NCBI GenBank assembly: GCA_047495785.1
Contig: JBLDXI010000003.1
Span: 1 to 64,000 of the forward strand
Direction: 5' to 3'
Length of the DNA stretch: 64,000 nt
Source: Lepidodermella squamata
Lineage: Eukaryota > Animalia > Gastrotricha
The position numbers and the translations under genes were made by a program. Below are positions 51,901 to 63,790 of the stretch, piece after piece. The notes below the pieces were generated by a model. It did no database searches and was not told the origin of the DNA. It was given only the letters and a program-made list of their open reading frames with translations. Each line of letters begins with the position of its first letter. The first letter of the stretch is position 1.

Positions 51901-54105
51901 GGTGCAAATATTTAAAATAATTTGGTTCCATGCAAAAAGCGATTTACTTGGGCTAAAAAAATCGATAGAAAAGAGTCACTTATCAATAGTGGAATTGGAA
52001 ACTTGCGATCTAAGCCGATAATCGATAATTGAGATTGGCTTATCGAGAGTGGTCGAAATTTTAGTCGAATTTCAATCGAATGCCAGCGTTTTTTAAGGCT
52101 CCTTCTCGATTTCGATTCGCATTGATTTAGATTGATTGATTGATTGATTTTCTTGAATATTATCGATAATCGATCATTTTGCGTATGTTTGTTTAGGCGA
52201 GAACGAGCGTGAGATAAAGATCGAAACAACGGATGGCATGAACATTATGGGCCTGGTGACGTTTTCAGTCGCTTTCGGCATGATCATATCGTCGCGCAAA
52301 TCGGAGTGCCGCGCGCTCATCGAGTTCGTGAAGGCGGTCGAGCTGGTGACGATGCGCCTCGTCATGATCATCATGTGGTACTCGCCCGTCGGCGTCTTCT
52401 TCCTGATCGCGACGAAAATCGTCGAGATGGAGTCGGCGGCCGCCATCTTCCAGTTCCTCGCCTACTACTCGGTCACCGTGCTCGCCGGCCTCTTCATACA
52501 CGGCCTCGTCATACTGCCTATCTTGTTCGCGATCATCACGCGCCGCAACCCGCTGGCGTACATCAGCGGCCTGGCGCCGGCCCTCGTCACCGCCGTTGGC
52601 ACGTCGTCGTCGTCGGCGACGCTGCCGATGACGTTCCGCTGCCTCGAGGAGAACAACGGCATCGACAAACGCGTGACGCGCTTCGTCCTACCCATCGGCG
52701 CCACCATCAACATGGACGGCACGGCGCTCTACGAAGCTGTTGCGCCCATCTTCATCGCCCAGGTACTTTTACACAGCCTTTTTGTAATATAAGAAATGAT
52801 AGCACAGCTTGAGCTGAATTTTGCTTTAGTTCCTAGCAGAGTACCAGCCAGAAGGTTCAGAAGGTTCAGAAACCACTTGACATGATGGTTACATCTCACT
52901 TTTCAAATACCTGCATTTTACGCCTTTCAAGCTTGCAATTTCGGATTTGAAAATTTGGAGCGTATAAAATGAACATCCGCATAATAAGACGAGGTCATTT
53001 CAAATCCACAATTTGGTGGTCAAGGCGGTATTATTGTCATTGATCACCTTGATTTAGTAAGAATAGTAAGACGAATTTCCCGTCCAACTATCAGTTGCTT
53101 TTCAAATTTGGCTAGCCTGGTGCCAATATTCCGTTCGCTTAGGCAATTGAAATTGCCAGTTTTAGGGAAAATCTCTCATTCAAATATCCTAGAGGGTCTC
53201 AAATTCTTCAAGATTTTAAATTGCAACCGGTATAGGAATCCTAATAATTATACATAATACCCTTTGTTAGTTTTGATAATGAAATTTCCGTGATTTCAAC
53301 GCAAATCAGTTCAAGGTCGATGACAAATTGGTTCGAAAATCATAAATCGATAATTGAGCCGATTACGAAGTGAGTCTGAGATGATAGCCACCGTTTACCT
53401 TGCAAAATGCGCAGCTTTGCGATATTCCCAATTTTTGCTTATCTTTGCTAAAATCAAAGATTTGGCGCTAAAATTATTAGGTAATTTTTAGGAGTTTGAA
53501 AACGGTGGAATTTATGAAAAAATCGATAAAAAGCACACATTATTAGGTTTTTTTCATATCGATTCCGAGACAATGTCGGCAGTTATCGATAATCAGTTGA
53601 TTTTATTGAATTGATTTTGCGACAGGTGCGTCGCATCGACTTGACATTTGTGCAAATCATCGCGATATCGATAACGGCGACATTCGCGTCGATCGGCGCC
53701 GCCGGCATCCCACAGGCCGGTCTCGTCACCATGGTCATGGTGCTGTCCGCCGTCGGCCTGGAGCCGCAAGACGTGACGCTGATCATCGCCGTCGATTGGT
53801 TCCTAGACAGATTCCGGACAATGATCAACGTACTCGGCGACTCGATTGGCGCCGGCATCGTGCAACACTTGTCACGCGATGAACTCGCACAGCTGCCGGT
53901 CATCGACGATGGCGAGCATCACCACCACGGGCATGGCCATGGCCATGATGATCATCATCACAACGATTCGCATGACGACCATCCGAAGGCGAAGCTGGCC
54001 CTGAAAGCCATCGACGACGTCGAGTCTGGCCACGCGGCGGAGATGCGGCCGCTGGTCGCGCGCAAAGTCAACGAGTACGACAAAACAGCCGTGTCCGCGC
54101 TCTGA
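48941..54105 (+). CDS. SLC1A: Excitatory amino acid transporter, SLC1/EAAT family (core 559 aa; exons 48941-49492, 51318-51399, 52197-52762, 53626-54105)
   Basis: Motifs [54 protein letters not shown] and [18 protein letters not shown] (Arg for acidic substrates). The loop exon carries NTT, NST and NIT sequons. Confidence 0.97.
49919..50038 (+). CDS. Candidate alternative exon of the EAAT gene (40 codons, phase 0-0)
   Basis: AACAG|ACT...TCG|GTAACA. It encodes [17 protein letters not shown] plus poly-Ala, and the start resembles the residues that follow ACF in EAATs. Confidence 0.6.
50181..50453 (+). CDS. Second candidate alternative exon of the EAAT gene (Ser/Gly/Pro-rich; 3' end uncertain, may run to the stop at 50558)
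   Basis: ATCAG acceptor in phase with the preceding exon and strongly GC3-biased codons. The only phase-0 donor I see is a GC-type site (AAG|GCAGGG). Confidence 0.45.
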
Positions 54106-55920
54106 TAATCCGCGCCTGCCTCTGCCTCTGCCTCAGCCTCAGCCTCAGCCTGCCTATTACCGACCACCACCACCATGTATTAGTAGTGCCGAATGATGGC
54201 GATTCATTCATCACATTTTTGTTTCTCATTGTTGATTGATTGATCGAATGCGATTTCAAAAGACAGAACAAACGAAAAAGGGGCCCACATTACATTATTA
54301 TTATTATTATTAGTAGTAGACAACAACGACAATAAAACAACCTGCCTGCCTGCCGACGCCAAGCTGCCTATATAACATAAAAATTTGAAATAAAATGACA
54401 AAAAATAGTCCATATGTATACCAACACCTCACATCACCAACGCCTTGCCTTAATTATTCAGTAATTAATTGTTCGCTAATAATATCATCGTTACAAATTT
54501 GCAGTTGATGGATTAAAAACAATAACAACAACTGCGTGCTCTCTACTACCTCGAAGTGAATGAATGAATGAAAATCATTATCTATTTTTTTGAGCATCCG
54601 ATACTTATATTATTGTTATTATTACAACTATGAGCCAGTATTTTTTCTCGAGTACCTGCGAAATGATGAAACCACAATGAAAACGGACCTCGCGCTTGCC
54701 CTGTTATTATTATTGCTATTATTTTTCGCGAAAATTAATTGCTATTTTTTTTCTTCTGCGTAATTCTGTTAATTTTTCTTCTTCTTCTTCTTCTACTTCT
54801 TCTTCTTCTTATCTCACGTGCCGGTGCCAATCGAAAAATTAATATATGAATCGAATTTATTGCTTGTTAAAATTGAAATATTAATTATTATAATAATATA
54901 TCGAGTTATTGATGACCGAATTTTTTCTATTATTATAATTGCTCTTGTTGACCTTCATCATCGTTGTTGTTGTTATTATTATGATTATTACTGATGTTGT
55001 TGTTTCTCTTTAGCGCATCTCTCTCTCTCTCCTCTCCTCTCTCGAACCATGTGCGGCGTTTTTGCAGCTCATCCATCCATCCATCCATCATTCATTCATT
55101 CATTATAAATTACAAAAATATCCGATCAGTTCAGCTTAAGTTAAAAATAACATCCATTGAAATCATGTTTCCAGCTGCACTTATATGAATAATCGCATTT
55201 TCAATGAATGGTGAAATCAACCCGGAAATTGGTTTATTTAGTTTCCGATGCGAAAAACCAATAGCATTCATTTGGTCACGGACATCGTACTATTATTACG
55301 TATAGCCTATAGGAATAGCCAACAAAAAATAATGACGGCACTCGTATTATTAATAATGAACGAATGAATGACAAATCACGAATCACGAATCAGTAGCGCA
55401 GTCGCATAGTCAGTCTCTATCATCCATAATAAATGGTTGGCTACCTGTATGCCGAAACCTATAGAAGCGAGATGCATAAACAGTACAATAAAATAGAATA
55501 CAAACTAGTAAACTTGAAATTGTGCAAATACACTATATCGATTGCGTGAAATCGATCACCCATGTTGCAATCGATCTGATCGAATCATAATTTTTGCGTC
55601 CGCATAATGATTCATCTCTCTCTCTGTCTCTCTCTGTCATCAATTATTTCGTTTTTTTTTCTCTCTGTTCGTTGGTTAGCCATCATCATCGGTCATGCTA
55701 TTATAATAGATGATTACAATAATAGAATTATTCAATTTTTTTGTTTGTTGATTGTGTACATAAAGCAAAATTAAAGGTATTTACAACAATGGCTATATTC
55801 TTGAATAATTGAAAACAGTAAATGATTATCATAATGACTATTATTATTGTATCATCAATAACTTGAAGAGCGCTGTTTATTTAATAAAAATAATGACCTG
55901 ATAAAAAACCCCGCAGCTTA

Positions 55921-56940
55921 TACCGGGGAACGGTACAACTTTGTAAGAAATTCCAGAAAATCAATTCAGGTGGATTCTTTCCAAATTTTTACACTGTTGG
56001 AACCCCCTTGTCCTGGGCACAATTGTTGTGATTTTTCCACGGCCTGAACCAGGTAATTCACCTGAGAAAAATAGCCCGAAAGAAAGGTATAATTTCGACA
56101 AGCTGGTACAACTTTGACAACTCTATAGTAATGCCCCTTTCTTAACTTGATCATCTAGCGTCAGCAGTGATTCATCGTGTGTGTGGTGAAAATTGAGATT
56201 TTTTTATTTCATTTTGGAATTTGTTGTGTTAAAGCGCTGTTTTCAAGGTATTGCTTCGAAACTTGACCAAACATCAACGAACGATGCTAGAATTTGGGAA
56301 AAAATTCTAGATTTCTACATGACACTGGCCTCATCGAAGTACCATTTTGAAATCGATTATTAACACTTTAACTGCCAAAAATAGACCGTGAGACCCAATA
56401 TTTAGGTCTAATTCCTGGGTCTGTCAAAAAGTCGTGTTTTTCGGGTAAACGATGCGTCCTAGGGCAAAATGCCCGACGGCAAAATGTAGGCCATGAGCCC
56501 GCGGTTCTTTTGACACCGAACTCGGGGCCATAAGGTCTGAGCAGGTCTTTGAAAATGACAGTTGAAAAACGCCGAAATTTTGGATTAGAGCCAAAAATCA
56601 GACCCAAGAATTGGACCTAATTATTAGACCCAGATTATGGCGCAACAATCGAAATTTCATTGTTTTTCAACTGTCATTTTCAAAGACCTGCTCAGACCTT
56701 ATGGCCCCGAGTTCGGTGTCAAAAGAACCGCGGGCTCATGGCCTACATTTTGCCGTCGGGCATTTTGCCCTAGGACGCATCGTTTACCCGAAAAACACGA
56801 CTTTTTGACAGACCCAGGAATTAGACCTAAATATTGGGTCTCACGGTCTATTTTTGGCAGTTAAAGTGTTAAGAAGTCTTTCAACGTAGTTTTTAGAGTT
56901 GCCAAACTTGTACCTGTCACAATTGTAACTCTCCCTGGTA
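55921..56940. mobile_element. Degenerate non-autonomous DNA transposon (TA-flanked, pogo/Tc1-like) hosting the TTAA MITE
   Basis: Imperfect terminal inverted repeats TACCGGGGAACGGTACAACTTTGT and ACAATTGTAACTCTCCCTGGTA. Inverted subterminal motifs GGTACAACTTTGACAACTCTA (~56105) and TAGAGTTGCCAAACTTGTACC (~56894). Confidence 0.55.
56364..56868. mobile_element. piggyBac-type MITE: 505 bp, 207-bp terminal inverted repeats, TTAA target-site duplication
   Basis: TTAA|CACTTTAACTGCC...GGCAGTTAAAGTG|TTAA. Arms 56364-56570 and 56662-56868 are reverse complements, with a 91-bp spacer. Confidence 0.92.
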
Positions 56941-57256
56941 GCTCTCTGAAGCACTCTGAAATTATGAAAAAATTCTCATTCGTTGGAATCTAAGAGCAAA
57001 AGGCTCGATTGAGAATGCTTCCGCTATTTTAGTAGAAAACTGCCACCTCGAAATTCAGACAGCTCATCACAGATGGCTGGCAAGCCGAAATATAATGAAA
57101 AGATCAATCAGGAATCGAAGATTTTGACTAGAATTGGCAGGTGAGGAGGTATGGTTGGAAAGTGTTCGGGAAGCAGTTCGAATCTTGGGGTCTATCTTTT
57201 TTCAAAAAATGTAGGTAATATTATTGTGTTGCGGAATGTTGACCCCCATTTATATA

Positions 57257-57763
57257 CAGTAGTTTTGCGTTAAGCCGGACTCGATCCGCGCCAGAAGAAT
57301 TAGTCCGGCTTAATGAAAGTCCGCTATATTGTAAGCCGGACTGGTCCGGTTTAAAAAAAAACAGTGCATTTCTTCAAAAACTATTCACGAACACCAACCC
57401 TATAAAGTTATATCTAAGCCTTTTAGGTGTGTGAAAAGTTGGATTATCGAGCTGGAATTAAGTTTTTGCCACAAGAGCGAACAGTTATTTTTCAAGACTG
57501 CGATCATTTTGCTGTAAAAGCCACCCAAAATCAGCCCTGAGAGGGTGTTCATACGCTCTAGATTGAAATTATCCTATAAGCCGGACTTTTTTAACTTAAA
57601 TTCACTAAAAATCAGTCCGTTATAACGCAAGTCCGGCTTATGACAGTCCGGCTTATTGCAACCATTTGCATGTAAAATGCTAGTCCGCGGCACGAGCCAA
57701 GCAAAATGGTCCGGCTAAGCGCAAGTCCGGCTTATGATCGTCCGGCTTAACGCAGAACTACTG
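57257..57763. mobile_element. Tc1/mariner-superfamily (pogo/Tigger-like) MITE, ~507 bp
   Basis: 24-bp TIRs CAGTAGTTTTGCGTTAAGCCGGAC and GTCCGGCTTAACGCAGAACTACTG (1 mismatch), with a 5' TA flank. About ten internal copies of GTCCGGCTTA occur in both orientations. Confidence 0.85.
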
Positions 57764-57967
57764 CTATTCCGCGGAGAGCCTGAAAATGAAAAAACACATG
57801 CCAAGTGGAAGAACACTGAGAACCATTTTATTAGAGAGTTCGTTGTTTTGTCAAATTGAGTTTAAATCGGTTCCAAAGACATTGGTAAATTCTCATAATA
57901 GTTTTAAAATGATGAAACAACAAAAAATCAGTGAAAATGAAGGGCCAGTTCCAGTGTAAGACAGTTT

Positions 57968-59408
57968 TTAGCATTCTAGCGCGCGGCACAGGCCACCACG
58001 TGATTTGAGTAGCTCAACAGCCTCGGCGCGGCTGTGGCCGACGGCGTAGTCAAGAGGTGTGTTGCCATCGTCGGCGATTGCGTTGATTTCTGCGCCGTGG
58101 TCGAGCAGCATTCGCACGATTTCGACGTGCCCGTTCAACGCTGCCGTATGCAAAGGCGTCCATCCGTCGCTCAATTTACTGTTGACATCCGCTCCTCTCA
58201 GGACCAACAGCTGTGCGAGTTCTAGCATGTTATTACCGGAGGCGAGGTACAAGGCCGTGTAGCCCCAGGTTTTTTCTTTGCTGTCAATGCTCGCATCACG
58301 GTCTAGCAGCAAGTTGGCGATTTCTATGCGCTGGCTTTCTTTGCCCTTGCACTGGGCGACGCGGTGAAGCAATGTGCCGTTGAGAACTTTTCCGTAGCAA
58401 GTGCCGTACTCGGCTGGGTCACGCCATTCCGGGTCGAATTTTCCGCCCGCTGCCGTGTCGATATCCTCGATGAGTTCTACAACCTTTGATACATCGGCGT
58501 CAGCGCAGGCCTGGCCCAACTGTTTGTACATCGCAAGCGCAGCACTCGGCAACTAGAAATAAAAATGCGAGAAACATTTTCAGAGATTTTCAGAGATTAG
58601 CAAAGCCCCGAGGGAAAGTTGACAAAAGCCATATCAACTCACGTCAACGCTGGTCGTAGCAGTTGTGGTGGAAAACATTTTCAGCTCGGCACCTCGTGAT
58701 CTCAGCAGTTCGATTACGTCACGGTGGCCGTATTCAACAGCATAGTCCAGCGCTGTAGAGCCGTGCTTCGAGACTGCCTCGATGTTGGCGCCTCGGTCCA
58801 ACAGTACTCTCACGACTTCAAGATTGCCCTGGAAGGCCGCTTCCAGCAAAGGAGTTGAGCCAACTTCCTGCTCAATTTCGATGTCTGCTCCGTGGTCGAG
58901 CAACAGCCTTACAACTAGCGGGTGGTTCTTGATAGCTGCGAGATGCAGCACCGAGTAGCCGAAGTTGCCTTGCTTGCTGTTGACATCTGCACCGCGAAGC
59001 AGCATCAGTCGAACAATTTCCAGCCGTTGAATCGCGTCGCCTTTGCACTCGAGCGTACGATGCAGCAACGTCGTGTTCAGCAGTGTGATATCGCAAGTGC
59101 GGTAGCTGTCTGGATCCCGCCAGTTGGGGTTGAATTTCTCTGGAATCTTGGCATCTATCGTGCTGATGAGTCGCCGCACTTTCGCGAAGTTAGCGTCTGA
59201 ACATGCCTTGCCTAGCTGCTTATACAAGTCAACAAGCGAAGCGGCAGGTGACTGCGGTGTGAAAAAAGGGACAAATGAGGTAAATAAGTTGACAGCTAAT
59301 AAAAATTACCGGAGCATCGACGATTTCAGGACTCTCATCTTCGTCATTTTTGGTGGCAGCACATGCGATCGCCGATAAAACAAGAATGCTTAGAAGCAGC
59401 GCCTTCAT
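57968..59408 (-). CDS. Signal-peptide-bearing ankyrin-repeat protein with two duplicated modules (430 aa; exons 59408-59310, 59251-58643, 58552-57968)
   Basis: Exon 1 encodes MKALLLSILVLSAIACAATKNDED. Two phase-0 GT-AG introns join it to two homologous exons with canonical ANK repeats (GSTPLLEAA, GWTPLHTAALNGHVEIVRMLLDHGAEIN). Confidence 0.85.
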
Positions 59409-60465
59409 GGATTCGTAGATGTTTATAGTTTAAAATGTTCAACAAAGTCGAAAAAGCTAACAAATTACAAATAGCAATATGGATATAAATGGATATAAAT
59501 TTTATTTTATTTGATGGAACACAATTTTATTGAAGGTTGATATACTACGGTAAAATCGGCTACCTCATCAAATCGAAGCGACGTGAGATACTCAAAAAAT
59601 GTGGAAGCTTTGGAAATTTAAATAGATGCAGTGTCGTCAAATTGAAGTCGCGCTCGTCAAGGTATACTTACTTACCTTTCCATGGCAAGAAAAACTAGGT
59701 AAATGAAGCTATAAACATTTACTTGAGTGAATTATAACTAGATGAACGGCGCCAATCCAATTGTCAAATATTAACGCGTGCCTTCCATTATTGGCCCACT
59801 GAAACCAGATGATGCCTGGAACAGTTGTTTAACCTGGAAGAGCTTTAAAAGTTTTATCCTAGAACCTTTGATAACCTGTTTTTTGGAGTTCAAACGATTG
59901 ATGAAATTTAGCGCTAACAGTTTATTTCCGACGTTTCGAAGATGATTTCTGTTAGAAATCCTGGAACCTGAGAAAAATAGTTATAGTTTTCGTGAGAAGC
60001 TCGCAGCACATGCCTTATTAAGCTTTGATTTGTTCAAATCGGTGTTGGTCGAAAATCACAACCAATGTAATTCTGATTTAAACAATTTGCTTTACCCAAA
60101 GTTCCCTTTGCTTTCCCGATATCTGAGTTCAAAGCGGAATCGGAACGTGTAAATCTGCTCATAATCCGGTTTTCAAGGTTCCACGTGAAATCAGTTAACC
60201 AAGCATAATTAGATCTGATCCTGTGCAGAAAGATTTTCGAATTTCCAGATTTGATTCAATCAACATTTTGTCTCTGCAATGCAGAACGAGAATTGAAAAG
60301 CCACTGCTACGAAAGAAATCACGTGAAATTTGACTGGTGAAATTGAGCTCTTTCATTTATTTTGCACAAACTTGAGCAGCAGTGTTTTGTATACAGCGCA
60401 GTATAATATTTTTGATTATTATATTGTTAAAAATTATAGCCAAATCCAAAACAACATAGGTATAT

Positions 60466-61770
60466 TCAAGATGTTGCGGCTGCCTCAGATTTGGCGGCCT
60501 TCAACTTCTTCTTCTTGTTTTTCCGCCGCTTCTGCTTCTTCTTTTCCGCCTGTTCGGCATTGGTGTTGTCGCTCGATTTCTGCTGGAGTTGCGATGATGG
60601 TAGCGTCGCCTTTTTCTTCGGTTTCTTACACGACAGCGGATTCGGGCCTTTCGGACCGCGGCGTTTCCGACCAGCTGGCTGTTCACCGTTTTTCACCGCC
60701 GCCGGCTCGGATTTCACAGCCGCAAGAGGCAACACCACATCGTCATCGTGCGGCGATTTCTTCAGCTTCAACTGCTGGGACGCGGCGACGAGAGCCGCGT
60801 GCTGCAGCTCGTTCACGTCGAGCTTCGCCGCCGTGGTCTCGTCGGCGAGGCGCGTCGACGCACTCGCCGGCGCCTCCAGGTGAATGGCGTTGAACGCCAT
60901 GTAGAGCAGCGGCCGGCCGGGCATCGCGCGCAGCTTCTCGCTCAGCGCCTTGTCCTGCGTCGCGAACAGGAACTTGCAGTCCTGCTTGCGGGCGAGCGAC
61001 AGCAGACACTCGGCGGCCGGCACCGCCTTGTCGCCGCCGTGCTTGCACGAGTGCAGACGGTACTGGCGCAGCAGCTTCAGCGGGCCGTACAGCAGCGTGC
61101 CGAGGGCTTCGCACTCGCGGACGGCGCACGGCGTCGTCAGCAGTTCCACCTCGCCACCCAGGTACTTGGGCAGCTGTTCGCCAATGTTGATTTTGAACTT
61201 GAGCCCAGCTCGGCAGAATGTGCCATCCACCTATTCAACAAGATTAATTCCATAGGTAATGGAGCGTCAAGTGAAAACGGAACCCAGCGTCATCATTTAT
61301 TCAAATGACAGGATAATTACCTACTGATAGCCAAGGGCCAAATTTTCAGACCCAGAATTGACTTTATTAATTAATGAAAAATCGAAAATTGACGCATATC
61401 TAGCCTAGTCTAGACTACTGAAAACCGAAAGTTATGGGTAGGAAATGTTGAGAAACTCAGCCAAAGCAAAATTAATCGTATAATTTCGCCAGTAAATTTC
61501 ACATCTTTTCGCTTCTATCAGGGATCCACTTGGGTATTTCTAAACAAAGCTTACGGACGATTGAATTCTATTTTTCAAACTCTATCAGGGCATATTTTGA
61601 TAGAAAGGAAATTTGCAATTGTAATCTTTAGTTGACACTTCCGCAAAAATCATGAAATAGCTCTGAAGCAATAATTAACAAACCAAAACTTTGTACGGCG
61701 GTTTTATGTTGAAATTATTGCGATAGAACGTCACTAGCCGCTTCACCGTCTTTTGCCGCCGAATCTTCAT
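60466..61770 (-). CDS. UTP23: rRNA-processing protein UTP23 (PIN domain; exons 61770-61684, 61230-60466)
   Basis: MKIRRQK...FYRNNF...PYKVL|VDGTFC...TTPCAVRECEALG...FATQD and the C-terminal PKGPNPLSCKK motif. Confidence 0.95.
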
Positions 61771-61912
61771 TTTAGATGCCTCAGTTTCATAAAAATCTAA
61801 AATGTCACAAAAGTAATTCAATTATACCTATTGCAAAAAGCAATCATAAAAAGTAGGCAGATGCTGTGTCTTCGGCAGTTTTTCAGCAAGTTCTCTATAG
61901 AAAATAACAAAA

Positions 61913-63790
61913 TCAACTACTCAGTCCGGTTTTATCTGTCAACGGAGCAAGCGACTGAGGGTCAGCGCCTCTCTTCAGTAAATACGCAACAATTGCATGG
62001 CGACCGGAGCGTTTCGCTAGCATCAACGCATTCCAACCGTCTTTTTTACGAATTTCGAGATTCGCCAAATTTTCTCCCTCCTTCATTTCAAATTCGCACA
62101 GCAATTGCACGCATTTCATATGGCCGTAATAGGCCGCTTCCAAGAGAGCAGTGCCGGTATTGTCATCCCTCGCCGGCTTATAATAATCTACGAAATCCCG
62201 CAATTTCTCGATCGCAGCCTCCCTCGATAAATTGTTCACTCGCTGCTCGAGATTCAATTTCGAATCAAGCAGGACTCGCAGTAATTCGAAGTGACCGAAC
62301 GTACTGACGATTTGCACGCAAGTCGATCGATTCCCGATATCGCTGCTTCCAACGTTATGCTTCGATTTGTCGTAACGTGCGTCGACCAATTTCAACATAA
62401 CCGCATCTCCGCGGAGTCGCGAAATCGAAATCACAAATGGCATATCACCAATAGCACAAGCTGAGAAGAAATTAGATTCCAGAATCAGATCGACACTGTC
62501 AGATGCAAAACCGAGTGACTCGATCGCGGTATTTTCAGGTGTGAAACCGAATGAATCAATCGAAATCGAACTCAGACTTTTCAATCTTTCGACTTCTCGC
62601 TCAAGTTCAGCATTGCGCTCTTTCAACCTGACCAGCTGCCGGTGTAAATAAGTACAACTGTCGTCTTCCTCGCGAATTGATTCCACGAGGTCACGAATGT
62701 AATCGTCCTGCAAAACTTGTCTAACAGTCGAGCGTTTATCGTGGTCGCGAACCAGTAGCCGGCTTTCAATCAGGCTAAGCAGTCCATCATAATAGACGAA
62801 CGAATCTGACGGAGGTGGCTTGACGCTGAAATGAGGTCGGTTTATTAGCGTCGAAACGCAGGAGAGTGAAGCTTACTCAAGGTTGCTGAAGGTACGCACA
62901 AGTTCGAAGACATCTCCAGGAAACGGAAGATTCATTGTTGCCAATTCATATGCAATAACACCCAAAGCCCAGACATCGACTGCCGGCTTACTTTTCAGTT
63001 CTTTGAATTTCTCCGGGACAATGCTTTCGGGTGGCAAATGGGTTAACGTACCAACACGCCCGGCAAGAGTAGAGCTGTCGTCAGCTGCAAGCTTAGCCAG
63101 GCCAAAATCAGCAATCTTGACAGTAGTTCCATCACTACTTAACAATACATTCTGTCTCAAGAAAGAAGTTGTTAATATTATTATTAATCTGATTTGCAAT
63201 CTCGTACATCGCATTTCAAATCCCGGTGCACAATCGAGAAATCATGCAGGTAATTCAAACCCATGGTGATTTGAGCTAGCCACAATTTTACTTCGTCGGC
63301 TGAAAATAGTTCCGGCACTATAGCTTCGTTCGACGTCGGATCAAATTTGCGTTTAACAATCAGATCTTTCAGACTGCCGCTGCCGCAGTATTCCAGCTCA
63401 ATAGTTATATTCTTTTCATCTAGAAGTGATCAAACATTGAGAAACATGAGCAAAGATTAACTTCAACCGATAACCCTTACCAATCCAAGAATGGTATATT
63501 CTGACGATATTCGGATGGCTCAACGTGACCAGAAGCTTCGCCTGCGTTCAATTTACGATCGATTGTCAAAAGCAGGCGCGAAATATTAACAAACGCCTTA
63601 CCTCGGTCTTGGCTAGCTTTAAGACTTTGGGATTTTTGAAAAGTGCCTTTTTAAGCGAAACCGTTTTGAGTACAACAGGCCGATTTGCAATGTAAAGGTC
63701 TGCCGTTGCGAACGCGCCTTCTCCCAGAGATTTCACAGGTGTAAAAGAAGCCTCATTGCCTTGAGTAGTAAACTTCAAAGGTTCTGCCAT
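61913..63790 (-). CDS. NEK-like Ser/Thr kinase with C-terminal coiled coil and ankyrin repeats (5 exons)
   Basis: The spliced frame gives GEGAFA, VVLK, HPNIV, LEYCGSGSL, HRDLKCDNVLL, DFGLAK, GTLTHLPPE and DVWALG..YEL. The last exon has LKERNAELEREVERLK followed by ANK repeats (GTALLEAAYYGH, GWNALMLA...LLKRGAD). Confidence 0.88.

Noticed and set aside
56368-56864. Two near-identical ORFs on opposite strands
   Set aside because: They are the two arms of the MITE, not genes.
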